A DNA stretch of 64,000 nt, taken from contig JAAENP010000114.1 of assembly GCA_024224155.1 (NCBI GenBank), positions 2,014-66,013 on the forward strand, read 5' to 3'. How positions within the stretch are numbered: the first letter of the stretch is position 1; each line of letters begins with the position of its first letter. A model generated the notes under the pieces. That model was given only the letters and a program-made list of their open reading frames with translations. It was not told where the DNA came from and did no database searches. Source of the DNA: a bacterium. GTDB taxonomy: Bacteria > Acidobacteriota > Thermoanaerobaculia > Multivoradales > JAHEKO01. A program made the position numbers and the translations under genes. This document shows, one piece after another, positions 36,632-46,299 of this stretch.

Positions 36632-39600
36632 ATGAGTTTCCTTCTACGCGTCGGCCTTTTCCTTTTCGGTTCCGGTTTCTGCGCTCTCGTGTACCAGATC
36701 GCCTGGTTGCGTTTGTTGCGCCTGATCTTCGGCGGCTCGACACCGGCATCGGCCACCGTCATCGCGATCTTCATGGCCGGACTGGGACTCGGCGGCCTCG
36801 TGCTGGGAAGACGCAGCGAGCGATCGAGCAACCCTCTCGGTTACTACGCCAATCTCGAGATCGGAATCTCGGTGGCCGCCGCCCTGAGCCCGCTCCTGAT
36901 ATCTCTGGTGCGGACGATGTACATCGGCCTGGGCGGAACCGCCGTACTCGGATCGTTCTTCGGAACCCTGGCGCGACTGGTCTTTGCCGCGGTGGTCCTG
37001 GGTGTCCCGACGTTTCTCATGGGCGGAACGCTGCCGGCAATGGTGCGCGCCGCGACTCGAAAACAGGATCTCGGAAGACACACAGTCGGACTCCTCTACG
37101 CGGTCAATACGGTCGGTGCCGTTGCCGGCGCCTTGGTCACCACTTTCTTCCTGGTCGAGCTCCTCGGTATCCGTCAGACAATCTGGCTGGCCGCGGCCCT
37201 CAACCTCCTGATCGCGCTCATGGCCCGGTCGCTGTCGCGCGAGCGTGGAGCCCGCGAGCCCATCGCCGGCGCCGAGGCTGGCGAGACCACCCGCGCTTCG
37301 GAAGAGATCAGCTCGACGCTGTATCGGCTGGTTCTGATCGCGGCCGCCGGCGTAGGTTTCGTCTTCTTCCTTCTGGAGCTCGTCTGGTATCGAATGATGG
37401 CGCCGATCTTGGGCGGCTCGACCTACACCTTCGGGGTAGTACTCGGGGTAGCTCTCGCGGGTATCGGCATCGGCGGATTCCTCTACGGACTCGCGGCCCA
37501 GGGTCGACGTCCCTCACCGCTCGAGTTTGCCGCCACCTGTGGCCTCGAAGCGCTGGCCATGGCCATCCCTCTGGCCGCCGGCGACCGCATCGCCTTCGTG
37601 GCTCTCAGGCTTCGGGACTTGTCCACGGCGGGCTTTGGCGCGCTGGCTAGCGGCTGGGCCGCGGTCACCTGCCTCGTCGTGCTGCCGGCGGCGATCGTCG
37701 CCGGGTACCAGTTCCCGCTTCTGATCGCGCTTCTGGGAAGCGGGCGCGAGCGCGTCGCGTCCCAGGTCGGCCGCACCTACGCTTGGAACACTTTCGGCGC
37801 GATCGTCGGATCCATCGCCGGTGGCTTTTGGCTGATTCCGGCCCTCTCGGCTCCTACGGTCTGGCGCTTGTCGATCTGGGCTCTCTGCGTCCTGGCCGCG
37901 GTTTTCCTGCTGCACGAGCTCAAGTCGGCGCCGCGGCGAGTTGTCCTCTTGGCGGTCCTCGCAGCAACCGCCGTCGCTCTTACGTTCGCCGAAGGCCCCA
38001 CGGGCTTCTGGCGGCATGCCGGAATCGGCGCGGGTCGAATGAAGACGATCATGAAGAGCCCGAACGCCCTTCTCGACATTCGTCGAGGTATCAACCGCAC
38101 TCTCGCCTGGGAAGTCGATGGCCGGGAGAGCAGCGTTGCCCTCTCCAATGGCGCCGGCTATGCCTTCATGGTCAACGGTAAGGCCGACGGCAGCGCGCGC
38201 GGCGACGCGCCGACCCAGGTCATGAGCGGACTGATCGGCACCGCGCTTCATCCCAATCCGCGCACGGGCCTGGTAATCGGACTGGGCACGGGCTCGAGCG
38301 CCGGCTGGATGGCGCAGGTTCCGACCATGGAGCGGGTCGTGGCCGTCGAGCTCGAGCCGGCGATTCTGCGGGTCGCCGAGGCCTGCGCGCCGGTCAACGA
38401 AAACGTCCTGGACAACCCCAAGGTCGAAGTCGTCATCGCCGACGCCCGTGAGTATCTGCTCTCGGCGAAAGACACCTATGACGTCATCTTCTCGGAGCCC
38501 TCCAACCCGTACCGGGCCGGAATCTCGAGCCTCTTCACTCGTGAGTTCTACCGGGCGGTGACTGAGCGGTTGAGTGAAGACGGCATCTTCGCTCAGTGGC
38601 TACAGGCCTACGAAATCGACGCCCAGGTGGTTCGCACGGCGTATGCAACGCTGGCCTCGGTGTTTCCCTACGTCGAAACCTGGCAGGTGCATCGGAGCGA
38701 TCTCGTATTGATCGGCTCGCATCGGCCGATCGACCACAGCGCCTCCTACATTCAAGCCGCGATCACGGGCGAGCCTTACGATCGAGCACTGGAAAGAGTC
38801 TGGGGGGTCACCGGTTTGGAAGGCTTCTACGCCGGGCATGTCGCCAACAATGACTTCACCCGGGCCGTGGCCGAGCTCGGTCTAGCCGACTTGAACACCG
38901 ACGATCATCCAACCATCGAGTTCGGCTTTGCCCGCTCCGTGGGTCGCACCAGCGGCTTCAAGGTCGCCATGCTGCGGCGCTTGGCAACGGCTCGCGGCCA
39001 GCATCGCCCGCTCCGCCCGCCGCCTATCGATTGGGATCGGGTCGATGAGAGCCACCAGAGCAGCATGGTCATGTTCAAAGGCGTTCCCGAGACCGACGGC
39101 TCAGAAGACGACGGGCAACTCGCGCGAGCCGAGGCCCGAAACCGGTACGCTTCCGGAGACCTGCAGCCGACCTTCGCCGCCTGGGGTCGACAGACCCAGG
39201 CTCCCCTGCAGCCACTCGATCGACTCGCGATCGCCGAAAGCGCGGCCGAAGTCGGCGACGAAACCCTGCCCGACCTGCTCGAGCCGCTTCGAGCCTCGCA
39301 CCCCATCGAGGCCGGCATGATAGAAGCGCGCTGGCTCCTTCGGCGCAGCGAGCTCGAGAAAGCCGCAGACCGGCTGGCGGCCGCGCTGGTCGCCTATCGC
39401 GGCGATCCCTGGCCCCTTCAGAACCTCACCGACAGAGGGCTGCGACTCGCGCATGAGCTCGTAATGGCCTCCCCCGAGAGCGCACCCGGGATCCTCGAGG
39501 CACTGAGCCGGCCATTCACGCTTCACCTCCACGACCAGACCCGTTTGGCGTTACTCGCCGATCTCGCCTATCGCTTCGGCCAGTCCGGGCAGTGCGCGGT

Positions 39601-39838
39601 CGCCCTGCTCGAATTCGAGCCCCACACGCCTTGGAACGAGCGCTTCCTCAAGATGAGACGCAGCTGCTATGAGAGAGCCGGCCACCCGCTCGCTGCCCGC
39701 GCGGCCCTCGACCTGGAGGAGTTCTACCTCGCCGGAGAGATCCCGTTCTGGCACAAGCTGCTGCCGGAGGACCCGGTGGAGGAAGCACCGCTGGAGCCGA
39801 CGGGCGTCCCGGAACAGAGCCTGAGCCCCGGAACCTAG
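36632..39838 (+). CDS. Fused polytopic membrane / spermidine synthase-like protein with a C-terminal helical-repeat region
   Basis: The FGSGFCALVYQIAWLRLLRLIFGGST N-terminus is typical of the fused MFS/spermidine synthase family. Many TM segments are followed by the methyltransferase-fold segment GLGTGSSAGW...YDVIFSEPSNPYRAGISSLFTREFY. Confidence 0.8.
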   Translation: MSFLLRVGLFLFGSGFCALVYQIAWLRLLRLIFGGSTPASATVIAIFMAGLGLGGLVLGRRSERSSNPLGYYANLEIGISVAAALSPLLISLVRTMYIGLGGTAVLGSFFGTLARLVFAAVVLGVPTFLMGGTLPAMVRAATRKQDLGRHTVGLLYAVNTVGAVAGALVTTFFLVELLGIRQTIWLAAALNLLIALMARSLSRERGAREPIAGAEAGETTRASEEISSTLYRLVLIAAAGVGFVFFLLELVWYRMMAPILGGSTYTFGVVLGVALAGIGIGGFLYGLAAQGRRPSPLEFAATCGLEALAMAIPLAAGDRIAFVALRLRDLSTAGFGALASGWAAVTCLVVLPAAIVAGYQFPLLIALLGSGRERVASQVGRTYAWNTFGAIVGSIAGGFWLIPALSAPTVWRLSIWALCVLAAVFLLHELKSAPRRVVLLAVLAATAVALTFAEGPTGFWRHAGIGAGRMKTIMKSPNALLDIRRGINRTLAWEVDGRESSVALSNGAGYAFMVNGKADGSARGDAPTQVMSGLIGTALHPNPRTGLVIGLGTGSSAGWMAQVPTMERVVAVELEPAILRVAEACAPVNENVLDNPKVEVVIADAREYLLSAKDTYDVIFSEPSNPYRAGISSLFTREFYRAVTERLSEDGIFAQWLQAYEIDAQVVRTAYATLASVFPYVETWQVHRSDLVLIGSHRPIDHSASYIQAAITGEPYDRALERVWGVTGLEGFYAGHVANNDFTRAVAELGLADLNTDDHPTIEFGFARSVGRTSGFKVAMLRRLATARGQHRPLRPPPIDWDRVDESHQSSMVMFKGVPETDGSEDDGQLARAEARNRYASGDLQPTFAAWGRQTQAPLQPLDRLAIAESAAEVGDETLPDLLEPLRASHPIEAGMIEARWLLRRSELEKAADRLAAALVAYRGDPWPLQNLTDRGLRLAHELVMASPESAPGILEALSRPFTLHLHDQTRLALLADLAYRFGQSGQCAVALLEFEPHTPWNERFLKMRRSCYERAGHPLAARAALDLEEFYLAGEIPFWHKLLPEDPVEEAPLEPTGVPEQSLSPGT

Positions 39839-39843
39839 GCGGG

Positions 39844-40356
39844 TCAGCGCTGCCGCTCCCAGACCAAGTGCTCGAGCTCGGGCAGGATCAAGCGCTCGAG
39901 CGCCAACTCGACCGCAGCCACCGACCCCGGCAGGGCGAACACGACGATCCCGCGCGCCAGGCCTGCGACCGACCGGCTGAGCATCGCCGCCGGTCCCACT
40001 TCCTGAAAGCTCAGCATGCGAAAGAGCTCACCGAAGCCATCGAGTCGCTTCTCCAAGAACCGCTCCACCACCTCCACGGTCGTGTCGCGTCTTGAGATCC
40101 CGGTGCCTCCGGTAGTGAAGATCACCTGCAGATCCCCCCGGCCCAGCCATTGGGTCAGCACCTTGCCGATCTCCATGGCTTCATCGCGGACCCACTGGCG
40201 ATCGATAATCTCGTGGCCGGCATCTATGAGACCCGCGACAAGGGTGTCACCCCCGCGGTCGTTCTCCGCGGTTCGACTATCGCTTACGGTTAAGAGCGCG
40301 CAGCGGGCTATCTGACCGGCGGCGGCGGTGCGGTGAAAGTCGGTGGATTCGCTCAT
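39844..40356 (-). CDS. moaB: Molybdenum cofactor biosynthesis protein B (MoaB/MogA family)
   Basis: 170 aa. TGGTGISRRDTTVE and FALPGSVAAVE motifs. Confidence 0.88.
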   Translation of the reverse strand: MSESTDFHRTAAAGQIARCALLTVSDSRTAENDRGGDTLVAGLIDAGHEIIDRQWVRDEAMEIGKVLTQWLGRGDLQVIFTTGGTGISRRDTTVEVVERFLEKRLDGFGELFRMLSFQEVGPAAMLSRSVAGLARGIVVFALPGSVAAVELALERLILPELEHLVWERQR

Positions 40357-40414
40357 TCGTGATCCGGTTCGATCGTATCAACCGGACCCGACTCGTCTGC
40401 TACGATCCGGCGCC

Positions 40415-41914
40415 ATGATCGGGAACGGAATGCGAAGGCAACCGCGGCCAACCAGGGCTCAGCCCATCGGCCCGGCGATCGACCTAGTAACCGGGCTGGT
40501 CACCGGCCTGGCAGCCGGCTTGGTAGCCGGACTGCTCGCGATCATCCCCCTCGCCCAACCGGTCTCGGCCGGAATCGCGCTCGAGCCAACCGCCGCCAAG
40601 CTACGCGACCGAGCGCTCGATTCTCCGATCGCCTGGGAGCTACTGGAGTCATTGACCGTAGAGGTCGGCCAGCGGTTTGCCGGCACCCCGGGAGACCGCG
40701 CCGCGGTCGCCTGGGCCGAGGCCAAGATGCGCGAGATCGGTCTTCAGAACGTGCGCGTCGAACCCGTACCCGTGCCGCGCTGGGTGCGCGGACAGGCACA
40801 CGGTCGCATCCTCGCGCCCTATCCCCAGGACCTAATGCTGATCGCGCTGGGCGGCAGCGTCGGTACCCCCAAAGCGGGGATCGAAGCCGAGATCGTCGAG
40901 GTCGCCGGCCTCGAGGCTTTGGAGGAGCTGTCCGACGAGGCCGTGGCCGGCAAAATCGTCTTCTTCAACAAACGGATGGAGCGCCGCCGGGACGGCAGTA
41001 GCTATGGCGAGACCGTCGGCGTGCGCGGCCGCGGACCCTCGGCGGCCGCCAGGAAGGGGGCTGTCGCCACCCTGATTCGTTCGGTGGGAACCGGAACCCA
41101 TCGCTTTCCGCACACCGGTGCGTTGCGCTATGCCGACGATGCGCCACGCATTCCCGCCGCCGCCCTCGCGATCTCCGACGCCGACATTTTAGAGGCTCAG
41201 ATCGGCCGCGGGCATACGGTACGGTTTCATCTCAGCCTCGGCAGTCATTATCTCGAGGACTCCGAGTCGGCCAACGTCATCGGCGAGGTCGTGGGTCGCG
41301 AATGGCCGGACGAGATCGTCCTGGTCGGCGGACATCTGGATTCCTGGGACGTCGGTACCGGCGCCATTGACGACGGTGCCGGGTGTGCGGTCTCCCTCGG
41401 CGCCGCGAAGCTGATCTCAGAGCTGAGCGAGGCACCCAGACGAACCGTTCGAGTGGTCCTCTTCGCCAACGAAGAGTTCGGCCTTTCCGGAGCGCGCGCT
41501 TACGCCCAAGCCCACGAGGCGGAACTCGCCAAGCATCAGCTGGCCATCGAGTCGGATTTCGGCGCCGGGCGAGTGTGGCGTTTCGCGGCCGCGCTCCACC
41601 CCCGATCGATGAGCGCCGCCGAGAAGCTCGCCAAGCTGCTCGAGCCCCTGGGAATCGCTTTCGACGGCAATCGCGCGCACGGAGGAGTCGACCTGCTGTT
41701 CCTCCATCCCGCCCGGGTGCCGGTCGCCGATCTCACCCAGGACGGTACCCACTACTTCGACTACCACCACACCGAGGACGACACCCTGAACAAGGTGGAC
41801 CCGGAAGCGCTGGCCCAGAACCTCGCGGCCTACACGACCCTGGTTTACTACGCCGCGGAGACCGAAACGAGCTTCCCACCGGCTCCAAAGCGCCCCGAAC
41901 GACCCCGGCGATGA
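40415..41914 (+). CDS. M28 family metallopeptidase (carboxypeptidase Q-like) with a membrane/signal anchor
   Basis: GGHLDSWDVGTGAIDDGAGCAVSLGAAKLI and VVLFANEEFGLSGARAY zinc-ligand motifs. ATG 40415 is preferred over the track start at 40343. Confidence 0.85.
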   Translation: MIGNGMRRQPRPTRAQPIGPAIDLVTGLVTGLAAGLVAGLLAIIPLAQPVSAGIALEPTAAKLRDRALDSPIAWELLESLTVEVGQRFAGTPGDRAAVAWAEAKMREIGLQNVRVEPVPVPRWVRGQAHGRILAPYPQDLMLIALGGSVGTPKAGIEAEIVEVAGLEALEELSDEAVAGKIVFFNKRMERRRDGSSYGETVGVRGRGPSAAARKGAVATLIRSVGTGTHRFPHTGALRYADDAPRIPAAALAISDADILEAQIGRGHTVRFHLSLGSHYLEDSESANVIGEVVGREWPDEIVLVGGHLDSWDVGTGAIDDGAGCAVSLGAAKLISELSEAPRRTVRVVLFANEEFGLSGARAYAQAHEAELAKHQLAIESDFGAGRVWRFAAALHPRSMSAAEKLAKLLEPLGIAFDGNRAHGGVDLLFLHPARVPVADLTQDGTHYFDYHHTEDDTLNKVDPEALAQNLAAYTTLVYYAAETETSFPPAPKRPERPRR

Positions 41915-44847
41915 CTCGTCGGAACAACCGTCGACAGGCTCCCGCCCTGCTCGCGACGGCAGCTATCCTGGTGGCGGGCTTCGGGATCCTTCTCGGCTGC
42001 GCGGCCTCCGCTCCGCCGTCATCGCCGCAAGATCCAGCCTCGTCACCCCCGGTTGAATCAGCCATCGGCGCGAACGGAATGCCACACTCCATCAGCGCCT
42101 TCGAGCTCTTGGGCGAAGCGGTCCTGCCGACAAGCACCGGGTTTGATCAGGCGCCCGTGGGTGGCCTCTCGGGCATTGCCTACGACGCCCAGCGTGATCT
42201 CTACTACGCGATCTCCGACGACCCGGCATCGCGGGGACCGGCGCGCTTCTACACGCTCGATATCGAGCTGAGCTCCGGCTCTCCGCGCGTCGAAGTTGTC
42301 GGTGTCACCGAACTGACCGATCGGGGCGGCTCACCCTTCGCGGAGATGACGCTAGACCTCGAGGGGATCGCTCTGAGTCCCGAGCGCACTCTCTATGTCT
42401 CGTCCGAAGGCCAGGTCAAGCGGGGCGTCGAACCCTTCATTCGAGAGTACCGGCTCGATGGAACCTATCTCCGCGACCTTGCGGTGCCGAAGAGGTTCCT
42501 GCCGCGAGCCGGTGACAGCCTGGGGATTCGGCACAACCTCGGCTTCGAGAGCGTAGCGCTCGATCCACGGCGAGACTGGCTCTACACGGCGGCCGAGAAC
42601 GCACTCCGCCAGGACGGCCCCGTAGCCGATCTCGGCGTCGGCAGCCCAGCCCGCATTCTGCGACTGGACCGCGAAAGCGGGCACCGGCTCGCCGAATACG
42701 TGTACCAGGTCGAGCCGGTGCGCGACGCGCCTCTCAGCTCCGAGGACTTTCGCACTCGTGGCCTGGTCGAGCTGATCGCTCTGGGCGACTCACGCCTGCT
42801 GACGCTCGAGCGCGCCTATACCCAGGGAGTCGGCAACGTAATCGAGCTCTTCGCGGTCTCGGTGGACGACGCAACCGACGTTCGAGATTGGAACGGCCTC
42901 GCGGGCAAGAGCTTCCGACCGGTGAGCAAGACGCTGCTCCTGCGGCTCGAGACCTTCGGGCTCGAACTCGACAACATCGAAGGCATGACCTTCGGACCCC
43001 GCCTGGCCGATGGTCGCCGAAGTCTGGTGCTGGTGGCGGACAACAACTTCAGTTTGCGCCAGCGCAATCAGATCATCGCTTTCGCGATCGAAGAGGAGGA
43101 GCTGAGCCCAAGCAGTATCCAGGGAGCGGGGCACATTTCTCCACTCGACGGTGCCTGGGTTCGCCGAGTACAGGGTACGGTGACCTCTCCGGCGGCCCGA
43201 GGTCGAGGCTACTGGATTCAAGGCGCTGGCGATCACGACGAAGCCACGAGTGACGCCCTTTTGGTGGTTCCCTCCGGCGAAGCGTCCGCCAGACCCGGCG
43301 AGGTCGTCCGCGTGGACGGGCTGGTCAAGGAGACCGGATTCCCCAACGGCCTCTCGGTCACGAGACTCGAGGAAGCGCTCTTCGAGGTCGTTGGGCAGGG
43401 CGCACCGCTGCCGGCGCCCGTAGCAATCGGCGCCGGAGGGCGCGAACTGCCAGCGAGCCACATCGACGACGACGGTCTTCGAGTCTTCGAGCCCGCTGAC
43501 GACGCGATCGACTTTTTCGAGAGCCTGGAAGGGATGCGAATCGAGGTCTCAGCGGCGGCGGTTGTGGGACCGACGACGCGCTTCGGCGAGTTCGCGGTGG
43601 TCGCCGGCGACCACGCCGAAGACGAGAGCATTCGCTCCCTCGCCGGCGGCCTGGTGGCCTCGGCGACACAGGTCAACCCACAACGTCTCCTGGTCGTGCC
43701 CCGGCCGGGGAACGATGCTCCCCAGGTGGCGGTCGGTGATCACTTCGAAGACAAGATCATCGGCGTTCTGGACTACGCCTTCGGCGCCTTTCGGGTGCTG
43801 GCCGAGGCTCTGCCCGAGACGGCCTCGCGCGCGACTGCGGCGGCTCACGCCACGCTCGCGGCATCGGACAATGCGATCATCGTCGCCACCTACAACGTCG
43901 AAAACCTGAGTGCGCGCAGCGGGCCGGACAAGTACCGCCGCGTCGCCCGCTCGATCGCGGCGGCTCTGGGCTCGCCGGACATCGTCGCCCTTCAGGAGAT
44001 CCAGGACGATACCGGACCCGAGGACGACGGCACGGTTTCCGCCAGACAGACGCTCGGGCTCCTGGTTGAGGCGATCACCGCGGCCGGAGGTGCCGGCTAT
44101 GAGTCCGTGTCGGTCGACCCCGAGGATCTGGCCGACGGTGGCCAACCCGGAGCCAACATTCGGGTCGCCTATCTCTACCGTCCGGACCGGGTTCGATTCG
44201 TTCCTCGCGGCAGACCGCAAGCTCAGGCCGCGGCCGAATGGCTTCTCGACGAGCGCGGACCGTTTCTCTCTCCCAACCCGGCGCGGGTGGCTCCCGGCCA
44301 CCCGGCACTTGCGGCCGACTCGGAACGAAACGTGGCCGGAGTACGCAAGCCGCTGGCAGCGGAGTTCGAGTTCAACGGTCGCCGTCTCTTTCTGATCAAC
44401 GTGCACTTGCGCTCCAAACGCGGAGACTCGCCGCTGTTCGGAAGCATTCAGCCTCCGGTGCGGTCGACCGAAGAGCTTCGAAGTGGCGAAGCCCGCGTCA
44501 TCCGCGACTTTCTGGATGACCTGTTGGCGCTCGACCCCGAGGCGGCAGCCATCGTTCTGGGAGACTTCAACGAGCACCCGTACCGCGAGCCGCTGGCGAT
44601 TCTGGGCGGCTCGGGACTCCACAACCTGGTCGAACGCGTACCGCAGGCCGAGCGCTACACCTTCAACTATCGCGGCAGTTCCCAGATCTTGGACAACTTC
44701 GTGGTCACCGAGAGTCTTGCGGCCAACGTCGCAGCCGAGATCGTTCACTTGAACGCCGACCTTCCGCATCGAGTACGCGCCGCGGATCACGACCCGATCC
44801 TGGCGAGATTCGAGTTCGTCTCCGGCACGCCGCAAGACGATTCCTAA
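41911..44847 (+). CDS. Lipoprotein fusing a phytase-like esterase domain to an ExeM/NucH-type extracellular nuclease (OB-like region plus EEP domain)
   Basis: The start overlaps the M28 stop (ATGA). Lipobox ILLGCAAS. N-terminal GGLSGIAYD...YYAISDD, FESVALDP, LLTLERAY and DNIEGMTFGP (phytase-like esterase). Middle IQGAGHISPLDGAWV..VQGTVTS...YWIQ (NucH-type). C-terminal IIVATYNVENL, PDIVALQEIQDD and AADHDPILARFEF (EEP). Confidence 0.8.
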   Translation: MTRRNNRRQAPALLATAAILVAGFGILLGCAASAPPSSPQDPASSPPVESAIGANGMPHSISAFELLGEAVLPTSTGFDQAPVGGLSGIAYDAQRDLYYAISDDPASRGPARFYTLDIELSSGSPRVEVVGVTELTDRGGSPFAEMTLDLEGIALSPERTLYVSSEGQVKRGVEPFIREYRLDGTYLRDLAVPKRFLPRAGDSLGIRHNLGFESVALDPRRDWLYTAAENALRQDGPVADLGVGSPARILRLDRESGHRLAEYVYQVEPVRDAPLSSEDFRTRGLVELIALGDSRLLTLERAYTQGVGNVIELFAVSVDDATDVRDWNGLAGKSFRPVSKTLLLRLETFGLELDNIEGMTFGPRLADGRRSLVLVADNNFSLRQRNQIIAFAIEEEELSPSSIQGAGHISPLDGAWVRRVQGTVTSPAARGRGYWIQGAGDHDEATSDALLVVPSGEASARPGEVVRVDGLVKETGFPNGLSVTRLEEALFEVVGQGAPLPAPVAIGAGGRELPASHIDDDGLRVFEPADDAIDFFESLEGMRIEVSAAAVVGPTTRFGEFAVVAGDHAEDESIRSLAGGLVASATQVNPQRLLVVPRPGNDAPQVAVGDHFEDKIIGVLDYAFGAFRVLAEALPETASRATAAAHATLAASDNAIIVATYNVENLSARSGPDKYRRVARSIAAALGSPDIVALQEIQDDTGPEDDGTVSARQTLGLLVEAITAAGGAGYESVSVDPEDLADGGQPGANIRVAYLYRPDRVRFVPRGRPQAQAAAEWLLDERGPFLSPNPARVAPGHPALAADSERNVAGVRKPLAAEFEFNGRRLFLINVHLRSKRGDSPLFGSIQPPVRSTEELRSGEARVIRDFLDDLLALDPEAAAIVLGDFNEHPYREPLAILGGSGLHNLVERVPQAERYTFNYRGSSQILDNFVVTESLAANVAAEIVHLNADLPHRVRAADHDPILARFEFVSGTPQDDS

Positions 44848-44981
44848 TTCGCCTGTCGCGCAGCGTCCGGCGCTCTCGCTAGAATCGCCGGTGACAGAGC
44901 TCCAGCCCGTTTACCCCGCTTGGCGGCCAGCCGGCACAGCCGAGCGAAATATTTATCCATCCTTAGAGGAGGAAACCAGGT

Positions 44982-45404
44982 ATGAGCATGGTGTCCGAGT
45001 TCAAAGAGTTCGCCATGAAGGGCAACGTCATGGACATGGCGGTCGGTATCATTATCGGCGGCGCTTTCGGCAAGATCATCGCCTCCTTGGTGAACGACGT
45101 CCTGATGCCCGTGATCGGAAAGTTCACCGGCGGCGTCAGCTTCGCCGACATGTATACGGCGCTCGATGGCAACACCTATGAATCGCTGGCGGCCGCCGAG
45201 GAAGCCGGCGCCGCGCTGATGAAGTACGGCTCGTTCATCCAGAACATCGTCGACTTCGTGATCATCGCCTTCGTCATCTTCATGATGATCCGAGCGATGA
45301 ACAACATGAGAAAGAAGGAAGAGGAGGCGCCGGCGGCTCCGCCCGAGCCTTCGGACGAAGTCAAGCTCTTGACCGAGATCCGGGATTCGCTCGCCAAGAG
45401 CTAG
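44982..45404 (+). CDS. mscL: Large-conductance mechanosensitive channel
   Basis: GAGGAGG RBS. MSMVSEFKEFAMKGNVMDMAVGIIIGGAFGKIIASLVNDVLMP closely parallels characterised MscL. Confidence 0.95.
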   Translation: MSMVSEFKEFAMKGNVMDMAVGIIIGGAFGKIIASLVNDVLMPVIGKFTGGVSFADMYTALDGNTYESLAAAEEAGAALMKYGSFIQNIVDFVIIAFVIFMMIRAMNNMRKKEEEAPAAPPEPSDEVKLLTEIRDSLAKS

Positions 45405-45431
45405 TCTCGGCGGGCACGGTAGGACGAGGGG

Positions 45432-45464
45432 GTCGGAGCTCGAGCTCCGACTTCCTTTTCTTTG
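45432..45464. terminator. Bidirectional rho-independent terminator between mscL and the metallo-beta-lactamase gene
   Basis: Perfect 20-nt palindrome GTCGGAGCTCGAGCTCCGAC followed by TTCCTTTTCTTTG. Confidence 0.75.
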
Positions 45465-45467
45465 TCC

Positions 45468-46232
45468 TCAAGGTCCCGAGGGGGCGTCTTGTTGTTCCAA
45501 CAAGCCCAGCGTGTGGGCCAGAAGCTCGGGCCCTCCGGGGGAGCCGTGGCCAGGGATCACGGTCTCCGCCTCGAAGGTCTCGGCGGCCCGGAGAGTTGCC
45601 GGCCAGTGCGCCAGATCCGCGTCGGCAAGGTAGCCGAGGCTTTTCCAGTCGAGCGCTTTGACCGCACAGCCCGCGTACAAAATCCGGCGCGCCGGGAGCC
45701 AGACCATGAGACCGTCCGGCGAGTGGCCCGGCCCCAGGTACACCGCTTCCACGCGCTCGTCGCCGAGAGATAGGCCCCAGCGATCCTCGAAGCTCTGCCT
45801 CGGAGCCTCACGGTCTTGCTCGGCCGCAAGATCTCCGGTCAGAGCGTGGCCCCAGGTCATGATCCCCCGGCGGTGCACCTCCGCGATGCCGCCGAACGCA
45901 TCGGGATGGAAATGTGTGCCGACGACTCCAAGAACTGGCGCTTCGAGATTCTCGGTGATCCAGTCCAGAAGCCGCGCGGTCTGGTCTTCCGTCCAAGGCG
46001 TGTCCACGACCATGACCCCCCGGCGCCCGCGCACGATCAGGCCGTTCGCCGGTACGGTCCGCTGCCCCCATTCCGTGTCGGACTCATGGAGCCATAGATC
46101 CTCGGCCAGACGTCTGATTCGCAGATCCTCGCCCAACGGTAACCAGATCTCCGCGGGCTCGGTCGCGGCAAACGTCGCCGCCGCAATCACGAGCAGAGCG
46201 ACCGCGGCACTGCTCGTGAGGCACTTGCGCAC
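45468..46232 (-). CDS. Subclass B1-like metallo-beta-lactamase
   Basis: A GTG at 46232 gives the signal peptide (M)RKCLTSSAAVALLVIAAATFAA. Motifs NGLIV, VVDTPW, THFHPDAFGG (H116-x-H118-x-D120), GPGHSPDGLMVW (H196), LYAGCAVK (C221) and VIPGHGSPG (H263). The track ORF start at 46601 is an extension overlapping the next gene. Confidence 0.85.
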   Translation of the reverse strand: MRKCLTSSAAVALLVIAAATFAATEPAEIWLPLGEDLRIRRLAEDLWLHESDTEWGQRTVPANGLIVRGRRGVMVVDTPWTEDQTARLLDWITENLEAPVLGVVGTHFHPDAFGGIAEVHRRGIMTWGHALTGDLAAEQDREAPRQSFEDRWGLSLGDERVEAVYLGPGHSPDGLMVWLPARRILYAGCAVKALDWKSLGYLADADLAHWPATLRAAETFEAETVIPGHGSPGGPELLAHTLGLLEQQDAPSGP

Positions 46233-46246
46233 TGTCTCGAGTCTAT

Positions 46247-46277
46247 CCAACAAAGGCCGGTGCCCCTCGGCACCGGC
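46247..46277 (-). terminator. Rho-independent terminator after the repeat-protein gene
   Basis: GCCGGTGCC-GAGG-GGCACCGGC (perfect 9-bp stem, minus-strand sense) followed by CTTTGTTGG. Confidence 0.55.
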
Positions 46278-46299
46278 ACCCTCAAGAGAATCGTGGCTC

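Noticed and set aside
41100-41150. Reverse-transcriptase-like YADD motif (possible retron/DGR)
   Set aside because: The tetrapeptide occurs inside a well-supported M28 peptidase (…GALRYADDAPRIP…) with no other RT motifs. The family A repeat copies do not show adenine-specific mutagenesis patterns.
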